A DNA stretch of 64,000 nt from Gemmatimonadales bacterium (GCA_038321865.1 JBBQFH010000005.1:32001-96000), one strand, 5' to 3'; shown: positions 47,954-58,482, counted from the first letter of the stretch. Made by a program: numbers and translations. The notes: generated by a model from the letters alone, not told the origin.

Positions 47954-49882
47954 ATGACCGACACGTTTGCGCGGGAGCGCATTCCGACCCGCGTCTTCCC
48001 CACCGCGGAGGAGGTGAGTGTCGCCGTCGCCAGAGACATCGCGGCGCTGATCGGCGCACGCGCGGCCGAGCGCCGGACCTGCGTCCTCGGGCTGGCCACC
48101 GGTTCCACGCCGATGACGGTGTACGCGGAGCTCGTGCGGCTGCACCGGACCGAAGGCCTGTCGTTCCGGAACGTCGTCACGTTCAACCTGGACGAGTATT
48201 TCCCCATCCAGCCGGCCGCGCTTCAGAGCTATCACCGGTTCATGCACGAGCACCTGTTCGACCACGTGGACATCGAGCCCGCCAACATCCACGTTCCGGA
48301 CGGCACCATCGCCGCCGCCGAGGTGGCCCAGTACTCCCGCGATTACGAACGGGCGATCCGCGATGCCGGCGGCATCGACCTGCAGATCCTCGGCATCGGC
48401 CGCACCGGGCACGTCGGCTTCAACGAGCCGGGATCGGGCGCCGACAGCCGGACCCGCCTGATCACGCTCGACCGGGTGACGCGCCTCGACGCGGCGAGCG
48501 ATTTCTCCGGGGTGGAGTTCGTCCCCCGGCGTGCGATCACCATGGGCGTCGGCACCATCCTCGAGGCACGCCGGCTGGTGCTGATCGCCTTCGGCGAGCA
48601 CAAGGCCGCCGTGGTGGCGCAGGCGATCGAGGGGCCGGTCACCCCCAAAGTCGCCGCGAGCTACCTGCAGCAGCACCCGAACGCCGAAGTGGTGCTGGAC
48701 GAGGCCGCCGCGGCGGAGCTGACGCGCTTCCGGACGCCGTGGCTGGTGGGTGCCGTCGAGTGGGGGCCGACCTCCACCCGGAAGGCCACGATCTGGCTGG
48801 CGCGAAAGCTCGGCAAGCCGATCCTCAAGCTCACCGATGGCGACTACAACGAGGAGGGCCTGCAGGACCTGGTGGCCGAGCGCGGGTCGGCTCACGAGAT
48901 CAACATCGACGTGTTTCGCGGCCTCGCCGAGACGATCACCGGATGGCCAGGGGGAAAGCCGGTCGCGCTCAAGCGACCGGGCGACATCGCCCGGCCGACC
49001 GACGCGATCTTTCCCAAGCGGATCATCGTCTTCTCACCGCATCCCGACGACGACGTGATCTCGATGGGCGGCACCCTGATCCGGCTCCAGGAGCAGGGGC
49101 ACGAGGTGCACGTCGTGTATCAGACCTCGGGCAATCTGGCGGTGTTCGACGTGGACGCGATCCGGTTTGCGGAGTTCGCGGCCGAATTCAACGGCATCTT
49201 CGGCATCGGCGCCGATCTCGCCGAGCGGATCGAGCGGCACATCGAGGACGCGCTGCGACGGAAGGAGCCTGGGCAGATCGACACACCGGAAGTCAGGCAG
49301 ATCAAGACCCTGATCCGCCGCGGCGAGGCGCGGGCGGCTGGCCGTGACAGTGGCATCCCGGTGGACCGGCTCCATTTTCTCGACCTGCCGTTCTACGAGA
49401 CCGGCGCCGTGCGCAAGAACCCGCTGGGCGAGGCCGACATCGCGCGTGTCGCCGAGGTGCTGGCCCGCATCCGCCCGCAGCAGATCTACGCCGCCGGCGA
49501 TTTGTCCGACCCGCACGGCACCCACCGGGTCTGCCTCGCCGCGATCGTCGCGGCCTTCGACCGCTGCCGTGACGCCGACTGGTTCCGCGCCTGCGAGGTC
49601 TGGCTCTATCGCGGCGCCTGGCAGGAGTGGGAGCCCGAGCGGATCGAGATGGCGGTGCCGCTGAGTCCCGATGAAGTGCTGCGGAAGCGGAACGCCATTT
49701 TCAAGCACCAGTCGCAGAAGGACCGCGCGATGTTTCCCGGCACGGACGAGCGGGAATTCTGGCAGCGTGCCGAGGCGCGCAATCGGGAGACGGCGCAGAT
49801 CTTCGACCGGCTGGGGCTGGCGGAGTATGCGGCGATCGAGGGCTTCGTCCGCTGGCGCGAGGGGTTTCGGGCACTCGCCTGA
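47954..49882 (+). CDS. nagB: Glucosamine-6-phosphate deaminase, long form with C-terminal PIG-L-type domain
   Basis: 'LGLATGSTP', 'NLDEY', 'GIGRTGHVGFNEPG', then 'SPHPDDD', 'DPHGTH', 'HQSQ'. Confidence 0.93.
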   Translation: MTDTFARERIPTRVFPTAEEVSVAVARDIAALIGARAAERRTCVLGLATGSTPMTVYAELVRLHRTEGLSFRNVVTFNLDEYFPIQPAALQSYHRFMHEHLFDHVDIEPANIHVPDGTIAAAEVAQYSRDYERAIRDAGGIDLQILGIGRTGHVGFNEPGSGADSRTRLITLDRVTRLDAASDFSGVEFVPRRAITMGVGTILEARRLVLIAFGEHKAAVVAQAIEGPVTPKVAASYLQQHPNAEVVLDEAAAAELTRFRTPWLVGAVEWGPTSTRKATIWLARKLGKPILKLTDGDYNEEGLQDLVAERGSAHEINIDVFRGLAETITGWPGGKPVALKRPGDIARPTDAIFPKRIIVFSPHPDDDVISMGGTLIRLQEQGHEVHVVYQTSGNLAVFDVDAIRFAEFAAEFNGIFGIGADLAERIERHIEDALRRKEPGQIDTPEVRQIKTLIRRGEARAAGRDSGIPVDRLHFLDLPFYETGAVRKNPLGEADIARVAEVLARIRPQQIYAAGDLSDPHGTHRVCLAAIVAAFDRCRDADWFRACEVWLYRGAWQEWEPERIEMAVPLSPDEVLRKRNAIFKHQSQKDRAMFPGTDEREFWQRAEARNRETAQIFDRLGLAEYAAIEGFVRWREGFRALA

Positions 49883-49933
49883 GCGCATAGCTTCAATTCT
49901 TCCGCAGTTCTACATCATACCTCACGAGGCTCC

Positions 49934-51628
49934 ATGGGCTTCGCACCTCCCCGCAAGACATACGACGTCTGCATCGTCGGCTCGGGCGCCGGCGGCGGCA
50001 TGGCCGCACACATGCTCACCCAGGCCGGGGCCGACGTCGTCGTGCTCGAGGCCGGCGGCATGTGGGACAACATGAAGGACAGCGCCATGCTCAAGTGGCC
50101 GTACGACTCGGAGCGGCGCGGTGCCTCCACCAAGGAGCGGCCGTTCGGGGAGTTCGACGCCTGCATCGGCGGCTGGAGCATCGAGGGCGAGCCCTACACC
50201 CGGGCCCCCGGCACCCAGTTCGACTGGTGGCGCGCCCGGATGCTGGGCGGCCGGACCAATCACTGGGGCCGGATCTCGCTCCGGTTCGGTCCCGACGACT
50301 TCCGCGGCAAGAGCCGCGACGGCCTGGGAGACGACTGGCCCATCAGCTACGACGAAATCAAGCCCTACTACGACAAGGTCGACCAGCTGGTCGGCATCTT
50401 CGGCAGCCGGGAGAACCTGCCCAATCATCCCGACGGGTTTTTCCTCCCGGCACCGAAGCCCCGGTGTTACGAGTTGATGGTCAAGAAGGCATCCGACAAG
50501 CTGAAGGTCACCTGTATTCCCGCACGCCTCTCGATCCTCACGCGCCCGCTCAACGGCCGGCCTGCCTGTCACAACTGCGGTCAGTGCAACCGCGGCTGCG
50601 CCGTCAACGCCAACTTCACCTCCACCAACGTCCTGCTGCTTCCGGCCCTCAAGACCGGCAAGCTGACCATCCTGGCCAATGCCATGGCGCGGGAGGTGAC
50701 GACGGACCGGAACGGCCTCGCCACCGGTGTCGCCTACGTCGACAAGGCGAGCGGCGCCGACGAACACGTGCTCGCGCGCGTCGTCGTGCTCGCGGCCAGC
50801 GCCTGCGAGTCGGCGCGCCTGCTGCTCAACTCGAGGTCATCCCGGTTCCCGCAGGGCCTGGCCAACTCGAGCGGTGTCGTCGGCAAGTACCTCACCGACA
50901 CCACGGGCACCGACGTCGCCGGCTTCATCCCCAGGTTGATGGACCACGTGCCGCACAACGAGGACGGCGTCGGGGGCGGGCACATTTACATGCCGTGGTG
51001 GGTGGACAACCGGAAGGTGAACTTTCCGCGGGGATACCACATCGAGGTGTGGGGCGGGCTGGGCGCGCCGTCGTATGGATTCATGGGCGGCATCCACCGC
51101 TATCCCACCGGCGGCGGCTACGGCGCCTCGCTCAAGAACGACTATCGCCGCTACTACGGCGCCACGGTCGGCTTCTCCGGCCGCGGCGAGATGATTCCCA
51201 ACGCCGATTCGTACTGCGAGCTCGACCCGGACGTGGTGGACAAGTACGGCATTCCGGTGCTCCGCTTCCACTGGAAATGGAGCGACCACGAATACAACCA
51301 GGTGAAGCACATGCAGGAGACGTTCCGGGCGCTCATCGCCGAGATGGGCGGGGAAGTGTTCTCCCCGATGCCGACCAAGGAACAGGGATACGGCATCGCG
51401 TCCGGCGGCCGCATCATCCACGAGCTCGGCGTGACCCGCATGGGGAAGGACTCGAAGACCTCGGTGGTGAACGCCAACTGCCAGGCCCATGACGTGAAGA
51501 ACCTGTTCATCGCCGATGGCGGGCCGTTCGTCTCCCAGGCCGACAAGAATCCCACCTGGACCATCCTCGCCCTCGCGATGCGGACGGGTGAGTACATCGC
51601 CAGCCAGCGGAAGCAGGGGGCCGTATGA
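49934..51628 (+). CDS. GMC oxidoreductase (second copy)
   Basis: GSGAGG, CHNCGQCNRGC, 'HELGVTRMG', 'KNPTWT'. Confidence 0.92.
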   Translation: MGFAPPRKTYDVCIVGSGAGGGMAAHMLTQAGADVVVLEAGGMWDNMKDSAMLKWPYDSERRGASTKERPFGEFDACIGGWSIEGEPYTRAPGTQFDWWRARMLGGRTNHWGRISLRFGPDDFRGKSRDGLGDDWPISYDEIKPYYDKVDQLVGIFGSRENLPNHPDGFFLPAPKPRCYELMVKKASDKLKVTCIPARLSILTRPLNGRPACHNCGQCNRGCAVNANFTSTNVLLLPALKTGKLTILANAMAREVTTDRNGLATGVAYVDKASGADEHVLARVVVLAASACESARLLLNSRSSRFPQGLANSSGVVGKYLTDTTGTDVAGFIPRLMDHVPHNEDGVGGGHIYMPWWVDNRKVNFPRGYHIEVWGGLGAPSYGFMGGIHRYPTGGGYGASLKNDYRRYYGATVGFSGRGEMIPNADSYCELDPDVVDKYGIPVLRFHWKWSDHEYNQVKHMQETFRALIAEMGGEVFSPMPTKEQGYGIASGGRIIHELGVTRMGKDSKTSVVNANCQAHDVKNLFIADGGPFVSQADKNPTWTILALAMRTGEYIASQRKQGAV

Positions 51629-52242
51629 GCGAGCTGAACCGCCGGGACGTGCTCCGCATGCTCGGGGTGAGCGTCGCCGCCGCGACGATGTCATGCACAC
51701 CCGAGGTCGCGGACAAGGCGCATCAGGCCGGACAGGCAGCGCGCGACAGTGCCGCCGCGACGGGCGGGAAGGTGCCGACGAAATTCTTCACTCCGCATGA
51801 GCACGCGACCGTGACGCTGCTCGCCGACCTGATCATCCCAAAGGACGACCGCTCCGGGAGCGCGAGTGACGCCGGCGTGCCCGAGTTCATGGACTACATC
51901 CTCACCGAGTACCCCGATGGCCAGACCGCGATCCGCGGCGGCCTCGCGTGGCTCGACAACGAGTCCCGCGACCGCTACGACAAGGCGTTCGTCGACTGCA
52001 GCGTCCCGCAGCGAAAGGCGCTGCTCGACGACATCGCCTGGCCGAAGAAGGCCAGGCCCGAGCTGAGCCAGGGGGTGGCGTTCTTCAACCGGTTCCGCGA
52101 CTTCACGGCGTCCGGCTTCTTTTCCAGCAGGATGGGGACGGAGGACCTGCGCTACATCGGCAACACCGTGGTGCCTGTCTGGAACGGCTGTCCGCCGGAG
52201 GCGCTCGCCAGGCTCGGCGTGTCCTACGAGGGCTACACATGA
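51625..52242 (+). CDS. Gluconate 2-dehydrogenase subunit 3-like (Tat lipoprotein)
   Basis: NRRDVL, 'LADLIIPKD..SGSASDAGV', 'FRDFTASGFFSS'. Confidence 0.88.
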   Translation: MSELNRRDVLRMLGVSVAAATMSCTPEVADKAHQAGQAARDSAAATGGKVPTKFFTPHEHATVTLLADLIIPKDDRSGSASDAGVPEFMDYILTEYPDGQTAIRGGLAWLDNESRDRYDKAFVDCSVPQRKALLDDIAWPKKARPELSQGVAFFNRFRDFTASGFFSSRMGTEDLRYIGNTVVPVWNGCPPEALARLGVSYEGYT

Positions 52243-53480
52243 GCGGGAGACCCCTGGGCGTCGGCTTCATCGGCAGCGGCTTCAACGCCCGCTTCCACAT
52301 GCAGTCGTGGACCGGTGTCCGCGACGCCGACGTACTCGGCGTGTGGAGTCCCAATGCCGCGCGCGCCGGTGAGGCGGCCGCGTACGCACGGAAGCTCGAT
52401 ATCGGCCGCGCCAGGGCGTACCGGTCGATCGGCGAGATGGTGGCCGATCCGAAGATCGATGCGCTCTGGCTCTGCGGGCCGAATCAGGCCCGGATCGAGA
52501 ACGTCGAGGAGATCGTGGACGCGATCGAGCGCGGCAAGGGAGAGCTCAAGGGACTCGCCTGCGAGAAGCCGCTGGCCCGGAACGTCGCCGAGGCGAACGA
52601 GGTCATCCGGCTGGTGCGGCGCGCCGGGCTCGCGACCGGCTACCTGGAAAATCAGCTCTTCGCGCCGCAGGTCGAAACCGGCCGGAATCTGATCTGGGCG
52701 CGCGGCGCGAAGCTCACCGGTCGTCCCTATCTCGCGCGCGCCGCCGAGGAGCACAGCGGCCCGCACATGCCGTGGTTCTGGCAGGGGAAGCTGCAGGGCG
52801 GCGGCGTGCTGAACGACATGATGTGTCATTCGGCGCTGGTCGTCCGCCATCTGCTGACCCGGCCGGGCGAGCCGCTGTCGACCGTCGCGCCGGTCAGTGT
52901 CACGGCCCGGATCGCGAGCCTCAAGTGGTCGCGCCCGGCGTACGCCAGGAAGCTCAAGCGTACCATGGGATCCGAGGTGGATTACCGCCGCCGCCCCTCG
53001 GAGGACTTCGCCAGCGTCACCATCGAATTCATGACCGATGACGGTTACCGGGTCTTCGGCGAAGCCACGACGTCGTGGAGCTTCGTCGGCGCCGGCCTCA
53101 GGCTCTCCGCCGAGCTGCTGGGGCCCGAGTATTCGATGTCATGGAACACCCTCGATGCGGGGCTCAAGCTGTTCTTCAGCCGGGAAGTGTCGGGTCGCGC
53201 GGGGGAAGATCTCGTCGAAAAGCAGAATGCCGAGACCGGCCTGATGCCGGTGGTGGCCAACGAGCCGATGGCGTACGGCTATGAGGCCGAGAATCGGCAT
53301 TTCGTCCGCGTGTTTCAGGGAAAGGCGAAGCCACTGCTGACGTTCGAGGACGGCCTCGAGGTCGTGAAGATGCTGATGAGTGCCTACATGAGCGCGGAAC
53401 AGGGGCGCACGATTGCGTTTCCGCCGCGCGGACTGGCCGGCTTCATGCCGGCTGTTGCGAAAGGGAAGTGGAGACCGTGA
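52239..53480 (+). CDS. Gfo/Idh/MocA oxidoreductase
   Basis: 'GFIGSGF', 'CEKPLA', 'GGGVLNDMMCH'. Confidence 0.9.
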   Translation: MSGRPLGVGFIGSGFNARFHMQSWTGVRDADVLGVWSPNAARAGEAAAYARKLDIGRARAYRSIGEMVADPKIDALWLCGPNQARIENVEEIVDAIERGKGELKGLACEKPLARNVAEANEVIRLVRRAGLATGYLENQLFAPQVETGRNLIWARGAKLTGRPYLARAAEEHSGPHMPWFWQGKLQGGGVLNDMMCHSALVVRHLLTRPGEPLSTVAPVSVTARIASLKWSRPAYARKLKRTMGSEVDYRRRPSEDFASVTIEFMTDDGYRVFGEATTSWSFVGAGLRLSAELLGPEYSMSWNTLDAGLKLFFSREVSGRAGEDLVEKQNAETGLMPVVANEPMAYGYEAENRHFVRVFQGKAKPLLTFEDGLEVVKMLMSAYMSAEQGRTIAFPPRGLAGFMPAVAKGKWRP

Positions 53481-54247
53481 CGAGCGCAAAGATCGCGGGA
53501 CTGGCGATGTTGGCGGCTGTGGCCACGGCCGGCCCATGTCTGGCCCAGGGCGACCGGACGTGGCCGCCCAATTCGATGGACCGTCCCCGGCCGCCGGTTA
53601 TTTCGGCGCCGGCCGGCACGGCGGGACTGGTTCCGCCGCCCTCGGACGCAGTCGTACTCTTCGACGGCAAGTCGGCCGCCGCGTGGCAGACCGACAGCGG
53701 CGCACCGGTGAAGTGGACGCTGCGCGGCGGGTATCTCGAGGTCGCGCCCGGCGCGGGCACCATCCGCACGCGACGCAGCTTCGGCAGCGTGCAGCTGCAC
53801 GTGGAGTGGGCCTCCCCGGTGCCGGCCGAAGGCGAGAGCCAGGAGCGGGGCAACAGCGGCGTGTTCCTGATGGGTCGCTATGAGATCCAGGTACTCGATA
53901 CCTACCACAACCTGACCTACGCCGATGGCATGGCCGGCGCCGTGTACGGCCAGACGCCGCCGCTGGTGAACGCGAGTCGCGCGCCGGGCCAGTGGCAGAC
54001 GTACGACATGGTGTTCCATCGTCCGCGCTTCGACGCGCGCGGCAACGTCACCCGGCCGGCGCGGGTCACCGTGCTGCACAACGGCGTGCTGGTGCAGGAC
54101 AACACCGCGATCACCGGATGGACCGTGCACGGAGAAATCGCGAAGTATCAGCCGCACGCCGACCGCCTGCCGCTCGCCCTCCAGGATCATGGCCGCAAGG
54201 TTCGGTACCGGAACATCTGGCTTCGGGAGCTCGCCGACACGGACTGA
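53477..54247 (+). CDS. DUF1080 (3-keto-disaccharide hydrolase-like) secreted protein
   Basis: '[11 protein letters not shown]', 'GNSGVF', 'YEIQVLD', 'LQDHG..VRYRNIW'. Confidence 0.9.
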   Translation: MTSAKIAGLAMLAAVATAGPCLAQGDRTWPPNSMDRPRPPVISAPAGTAGLVPPPSDAVVLFDGKSAAAWQTDSGAPVKWTLRGGYLEVAPGAGTIRTRRSFGSVQLHVEWASPVPAEGESQERGNSGVFLMGRYEIQVLDTYHNLTYADGMAGAVYGQTPPLVNASRAPGQWQTYDMVFHRPRFDARGNVTRPARVTVLHNGVLVQDNTAITGWTVHGEIAKYQPHADRLPLALQDHGRKVRYRNIWLRELADTD

Positions 54248-54372
54248 GCTCGGCACACCGTTTGCCTCTGACGGCCGAACGAGGCGCCGGCGGCCCCCAG
54301 GGCCGCGATCATCGGCGCTCCGTTCACCGGAATGAGCCAGGATTGGTCCTCACGCAAACGGAGGAGGCCGAA

Positions 54373-54786
54373 ATGTCCCTCGCACGGTTGGTTGGTTCAG
54401 CGGGTGTGCTCGCGCTGGTCGCGGTGCACCCGCTGCTCGCGCAGAAGCCGGTGGCCGCAACTTCCGCAAAGCCCCGCCCTGCCGCCGCGGCCCCGGCCCC
54501 GGCCGCCGCCGCCGGGGCGGCTCAGCCCTCCGCCTCGCCGGTCAGGGCGCCGGCCGCGACCAGCACCAGAACGACGGCCACGACCACGGCGGCCGCGACG
54601 CTGCTCGATCTCAATGCCGCATCCGCCGATCAGCTGGCGGCGCTGCCGGGAATCGGTACGGCATATTCGGCGAAGATCGTGCAGGGCCGGCCCTATCGTG
54701 CCAAGGACGACCTGGTCCGCCGGCACATCATCCCCGCGGCGACGTACGCGAAGATCAAGGACAAGGTGATCGCGCGGCAGAAATAG
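54373..54786 (+). CDS. ComEA-like helix-hairpin-helix secreted protein
   Basis: Signal peptide, Ala/Pro linker, '[18 protein letters not shown]...KIVQGRPY'. Confidence 0.85.
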   Translation: MSLARLVGSAGVLALVAVHPLLAQKPVAATSAKPRPAAAAPAPAAAAGAAQPSASPVRAPAATSTRTTATTTAAATLLDLNAASADQLAALPGIGTAYSAKIVQGRPYRAKDDLVRRHIIPAATYAKIKDKVIARQK

Positions 54787-54792
54787 ACGGCG

Positions 54793-55533
54793 TCAGCACT
54801 TGATGGGCGAATCCCATTTGGGGATTTGCTGCGGTTGCGGAGAGGGAGGAACCGAATGGGGCGCCGCGGATGGAGTGGGCCGCGGTGCCTCATTGCGTGT
54901 GCGCGGCCCGCCGCCGGCCGCCGCGGTGATCAATGCAAGGCTTCCGGCGACCGTGGCAACGGCCAGACGGCGGCGCCCGGAGTGCCGCTTGCGCTCGATC
55001 CGCTCCGCAAGCGCAAAGGCCAGCACGGCCCCCACGACGAGCAGCGCGACCCCAGCACCCTTGGAAAGCCCCGCCAGTCCGTACCAGGTGACGGGGCCAA
55101 GCGGTGTAGCGTCGAAGAGAGGCCGAATCCAGTGAAAAAGCTCGGCGAAGGCAAAGGTCCCCGCCAGCATCCCGCCAATCAGTGCCAGCGCGTCGCCCCG
55201 CCCGGCGGCCGCCGCGACGCACGACGTTCCCGGGCAGTAACCGCCGACGACGAACCCGACGCCGAAAATGAGTCCACCGATCAGCTGCGGCAGCACGTAG
55301 GTCGGCGGCAGGTACACGGCCGCCGGATCGAGCCATCCCATGCGGGCCAGCCAGAACAGCCCAGCGGCAGCCGTCACGATCGCCGTCATCATCACCTTCA
55401 GCACCGTGAGGTCGGTGAGGGTGAACTGTGCGGCGAGCTTGCGCGGGTCGGCCAGGCCGGCGCGCTCGAGGACTGCCCCGAACGCGGCCCCGATCGGCAG
55501 CGCGAGCCAGAGTGCCGCGCGGGGAGAGATCAT
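54793..55533 (-). CDS. YeeE/YedE (thiosulfate/sulfur transporter) family protein
   Basis: 'QFTLTDLTVLKVM', 'GGLIFGVGFVVGGYCPGTS'. Confidence 0.88.
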   Translation of the reverse strand: MISPRAALWLALPIGAAFGAVLERAGLADPRKLAAQFTLTDLTVLKVMMTAIVTAAAGLFWLARMGWLDPAAVYLPPTYVLPQLIGGLIFGVGFVVGGYCPGTSCVAAAAGRGDALALIGGMLAGTFAFAELFHWIRPLFDATPLGPVTWYGLAGLSKGAGVALLVVGAVLAFALAERIERKRHSGRRRLAVATVAGSLALITAAAGGGPRTRNEAPRPTPSAAPHSVPPSPQPQQIPKWDSPIKC

Positions 55534-56048
55534 CGCCACTGCTTCCGGGACAGCGCGACCGCTCCATAGGCACCCGCGAAAAGCGCCAGCATGAACACCC
55601 AGCTGCCGGCAGCGAGCACGGCGCCGCCGCTCAGCGCCTGCCCACTGGTGCAGCCGCGCGCCAGTCGCGCGCCGAAGGCCATGACGGTTCCACCGGCGAA
55701 TGCCATCAGCACACGGCCTGGCCGCCGCGTGGTCGGCCCTCGTTCGACCACCGCATGCCACCGCCCTGCGGCGGCGGCGGAGATCGCCCCTCCCACGGCC
55801 ATCCCGGCCACTTCGAGCAGCAGCCAGTTGACCATCGGTCCGCCCGCCTCGTCGCCCGCATCCCGGTAGACCGGATTCGCCATGACGCGGGCCGGCGCTA
55901 CAGTCTCGACCCCCAACGATACCATGCGCATGAACGCACCGGAGGCGCCGAGCCCGCGCCCCACCAGCACGAACGTGCCCAGCAGCACGATCCCCAACGC
56001 GAGGCCGGCCGCGTACGGATTCCAGTAGCGGGGAAGCTGCGTGCTCAC
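55530..56048 (-). CDS. YeeE/YedE family protein
   Basis: 'YWNPYAAG', 'GLGASG', 'GARLARGCTSGQALSG'. Confidence 0.88.
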   Translation of the reverse strand: MSTQLPRYWNPYAAGLALGIVLLGTFVLVGRGLGASGAFMRMVSLGVETVAPARVMANPVYRDAGDEAGGPMVNWLLLEVAGMAVGGAISAAAAGRWHAVVERGPTTRRPGRVLMAFAGGTVMAFGARLARGCTSGQALSGGAVLAAGSWVFMLALFAGAYGAVALSRKQWR

Positions 56049-57439
56049 GCGCTCCTCCGCTGAGGGATGGCCGTCGGCAGCTCAGGATGCGTCCAGCTTC
56101 CCGCCACGGGATCGAGCACGTAGCCGCGCCGGAATCGTCCGGCCGCGATCTCCGCCAGAGCGGTGACCAGCATGTCCACGTCATCCTCGGTGTTCTGCAG
56201 TCCGATGCTCGCGCGGACCATTCCGGGGGCGTCCGACCGGTCACCGCGCAGGATCCGGAGCTGCGCCTGGGCTTCAGCGAGCGGAGAGAGGCCCAGCAAC
56301 CGCTTTACGTACGGATGGGCGCAGAAGCATCCGCTGCGGGTCCCGATGCCCCACTCGTCAGCCAGAATCTCGGCGACCAGGGCGTGAGGCAGTCCGGCGA
56401 CGTTGAACGGGATGACACCCAGACGGTCGTCGGCGTCGGCCGGCTCGGCATCTCCGTACAGGGTCACGCCGGGAATAGCCCCGATCTCCAGACGTGCGCG
56501 CGACGCGAGCGCCCTCTCGTGCTCGATGATGCGCGACCAGCCAATTTCGCCGTAGATCCGCATTGCGGCGCCGAGCGCCACCGCGCCCAGAACGTTCGGC
56601 GTCCCCGCCTCTTCCCGGTCCGGCAATTCCGTCCATGCGACGGCATCGGGGTCCACGGTTTCCACCGTGCCGCCGCCCGACTGATAGGGCCGGTCCGGAT
56701 CGAACAGCGCCGCTGGCGCGACGAGCACGCCGATGCCGAACGGCGCGTACATCTTGTGGGCGGAGAATGCGACGATGTCCAGATGCTCGGGATCGTCCGG
56801 ATCGCCGACGTTGATCTGACGGTGCGGCGCCAGCTGCGCCGCATCCACCGCGATGCGCGCACCGGATTCATGCAGCCAGCGCGCCCAGCGATGCACCGGG
56901 TTCACGATACCGGTGACGTTCGATGCACCGCTCACCGCGAACAACGCCACCCGCCGCCCGTATTCGCGCAGCCTGGCTCGCAGGTCGCGCTCATCCACCC
57001 GGCCCGACGCGTCCACCGCCACGTGGACGACCCGCGCGACGTTCCGCCACGGGAGATCGTTCGAGTGATGCTCCATCCCGCTCACCAGGACCACCGCCCC
57101 CGGCTCGAACCGGTACGAGGCCGCGACGTGGTTGAGCGCCTCGGTGGTGTTCCGGCCGAACAGCACGACACTACGACTCGAGTCGGCGCCGACGAACCGC
57201 TGGACGTCCTGGCGGGCCGAGTCGTACGCATCGCTGGAGATGCGCGACTTGAATCCCGCCCCGCGGTGCACACTGCCGTACCACGCCGCCATGCCGCCGA
57301 TCGCGTCCAGCACCCTCGCAAACGGTGGCGTGCTCGCCGCGTTGTCGAAGGGGACGTAGCGTCGCTCGCCGCCGCCGAGCACCGGCACGCGTGCGTCCGA
57401 GCCCGTCACGACTCCGGCCAACCCGGCGATGCGCGTCAC
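56045..57439 (-). CDS. Class V aminotransferase, SufS/CsdA-like cysteine desulfurase / selenocysteine lyase
   Basis: 'FDNAAST', 'EHHSN', 'DAAQ', 'SAHKMYAP', 'RSGCFCAHP'. Confidence 0.9.
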   Translation of the reverse strand: MTRIAGLAGVVTGSDARVPVLGGGERRYVPFDNAASTPPFARVLDAIGGMAAWYGSVHRGAGFKSRISSDAYDSARQDVQRFVGADSSRSVVLFGRNTTEALNHVAASYRFEPGAVVLVSGMEHHSNDLPWRNVARVVHVAVDASGRVDERDLRARLREYGRRVALFAVSGASNVTGIVNPVHRWARWLHESGARIAVDAAQLAPHRQINVGDPDDPEHLDIVAFSAHKMYAPFGIGVLVAPAALFDPDRPYQSGGGTVETVDPDAVAWTELPDREEAGTPNVLGAVALGAAMRIYGEIGWSRIIEHERALASRARLEIGAIPGVTLYGDAEPADADDRLGVIPFNVAGLPHALVAEILADEWGIGTRSGCFCAHPYVKRLLGLSPLAEAQAQLRILRGDRSDAPGMVRASIGLQNTEDDVDMLVTALAEIAAGRFRRGYVLDPVAGSWTHPELPTAIPQRRSA

Positions 57440-58359
57440 TGCCCTGCCGCCGCGGTGTGATGGCTGTCGCCCTCGACGGGCAGGTCGGCCCGCGCGCTCC
57501 ATTCCTGAAACGATCCGTCATAGAGCCGCGCGTCATAGCCGAGCGAGCGCGCCACCAGGCGGACCCAGCTCCCCTGCTGCCCGATGTGGCAATAGACGAC
57601 GAGGATACGGCCCGGCGCGGCGCCCGCGGCACGGAACGCACTCCGCAGTGCGCCCTCGCTCTTCAGGTTGTCCAGCGAATCTGTCAGGCTGGTGTAGGGG
57701 ATGCTGTGCGCGCCGGGAATGTGCCCGCCGCGCGGCATGCTGCTCTTGATGGTGTCGAGGTAAAATCCCGCGTCCCGCGCGTCGATGATCGCCACCTTCG
57801 GATCGTGCAGGTGCGCCTGGACGAAGTCAGCGGACACGAAGTAGGCCGGATGTGGCCGGGTACGGGCCGTTCCGGGCGACACGGAGGGGAGGTCGGCGGT
57901 GAGGGCGCCGCCGCTCCGCCGCCATCCCTCCGCGCCGCCCTCCATGAAGCCGACTCGGCCACCGAACCCGGCCCAGTCCAGCGTGAGCGCCAGACGGGCG
58001 GTCGGAGTCACCCATCCGCTGGTGGCGTACACCACGATTCTCGAGTCGTCCGTGATGCCCAGTGTTCGCAGCGTGGAGTCGAAGCGCGCGGACGTGGGCA
58101 GTTCGAGCGCCAGGCCTGGATGCTGCTTGCCATCCATCGCCATCGGCGCGGTGAATGCGTGGAAGTCGACGTAACGCGCGCCCGGCAGATGCAGGGAATC
58201 GTACGCCGGCCGGGGGCCGACAGTCAGGATGATCAGCCTGGGATCCGTCAGATGAGCCTTCACCCATGCCGGGCTGACGACCAGCGGCACCGCCGGATCG
58301 GCCGGCTGTCTGGGTGCGCCGTTCATGGAGAGGAGCGCGGCGGCGAAATGAGCGATCAT
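57436..58359 (-). CDS. Two-domain rhodanese sulfurtransferase (SseA/TST-like), possibly exported
   Basis: 'HLPGA', 'GHIPGA', active-site loop 'CHIGQQG', 'LYDGSFQEW'; GGAGG RBS. Confidence 0.9.
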   Translation of the reverse strand: MIAHFAAALLSMNGAPRQPADPAVPLVVSPAWVKAHLTDPRLIILTVGPRPAYDSLHLPGARYVDFHAFTAPMAMDGKQHPGLALELPTSARFDSTLRTLGITDDSRIVVYATSGWVTPTARLALTLDWAGFGGRVGFMEGGAEGWRRSGGALTADLPSVSPGTARTRPHPAYFVSADFVQAHLHDPKVAIIDARDAGFYLDTIKSSMPRGGHIPGAHSIPYTSLTDSLDNLKSEGALRSAFRAAGAAPGRILVVYCHIGQQGSWVRLVARSLGYDARLYDGSFQEWSARADLPVEGDSHHTAAAGQ

Positions 58360-58446
58360 GGCGGAACCTCCGGTGGATGAAGTCGAACCCCGACGACATC
58401 ATAGGGAGGCGGTCACCGGCAATGGCGCAGGTTCGGTCGCCGATTC

Positions 58447-58462
58447 GTGCGAGTTCTGTGCG
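58447..58462 (-). promoter_or_regulatory. Putative OmpR-family binding site (CGCAC direct repeat, 11-bp period)
   Basis: Minus strand CGCACAGAACTCGCAC upstream of the rhodanese gene; same repeat occurs at 60890-60905. Confidence 0.5.
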
Positions 58463-58482
58463 GAGATGTCGCGAAGGGGCCG

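Noticed and set aside
54373..54786. Competence locus
   Set aside because: Lone HhH protein; no comEC or pilus genes in the window.
54793..54798. Selenocysteine read-through (Cys-TGA) at the YeeE C-terminus
   Set aside because: Read-through would run antisense into the convergent ComEA-like gene, and no SECIS-like hairpin is evident.
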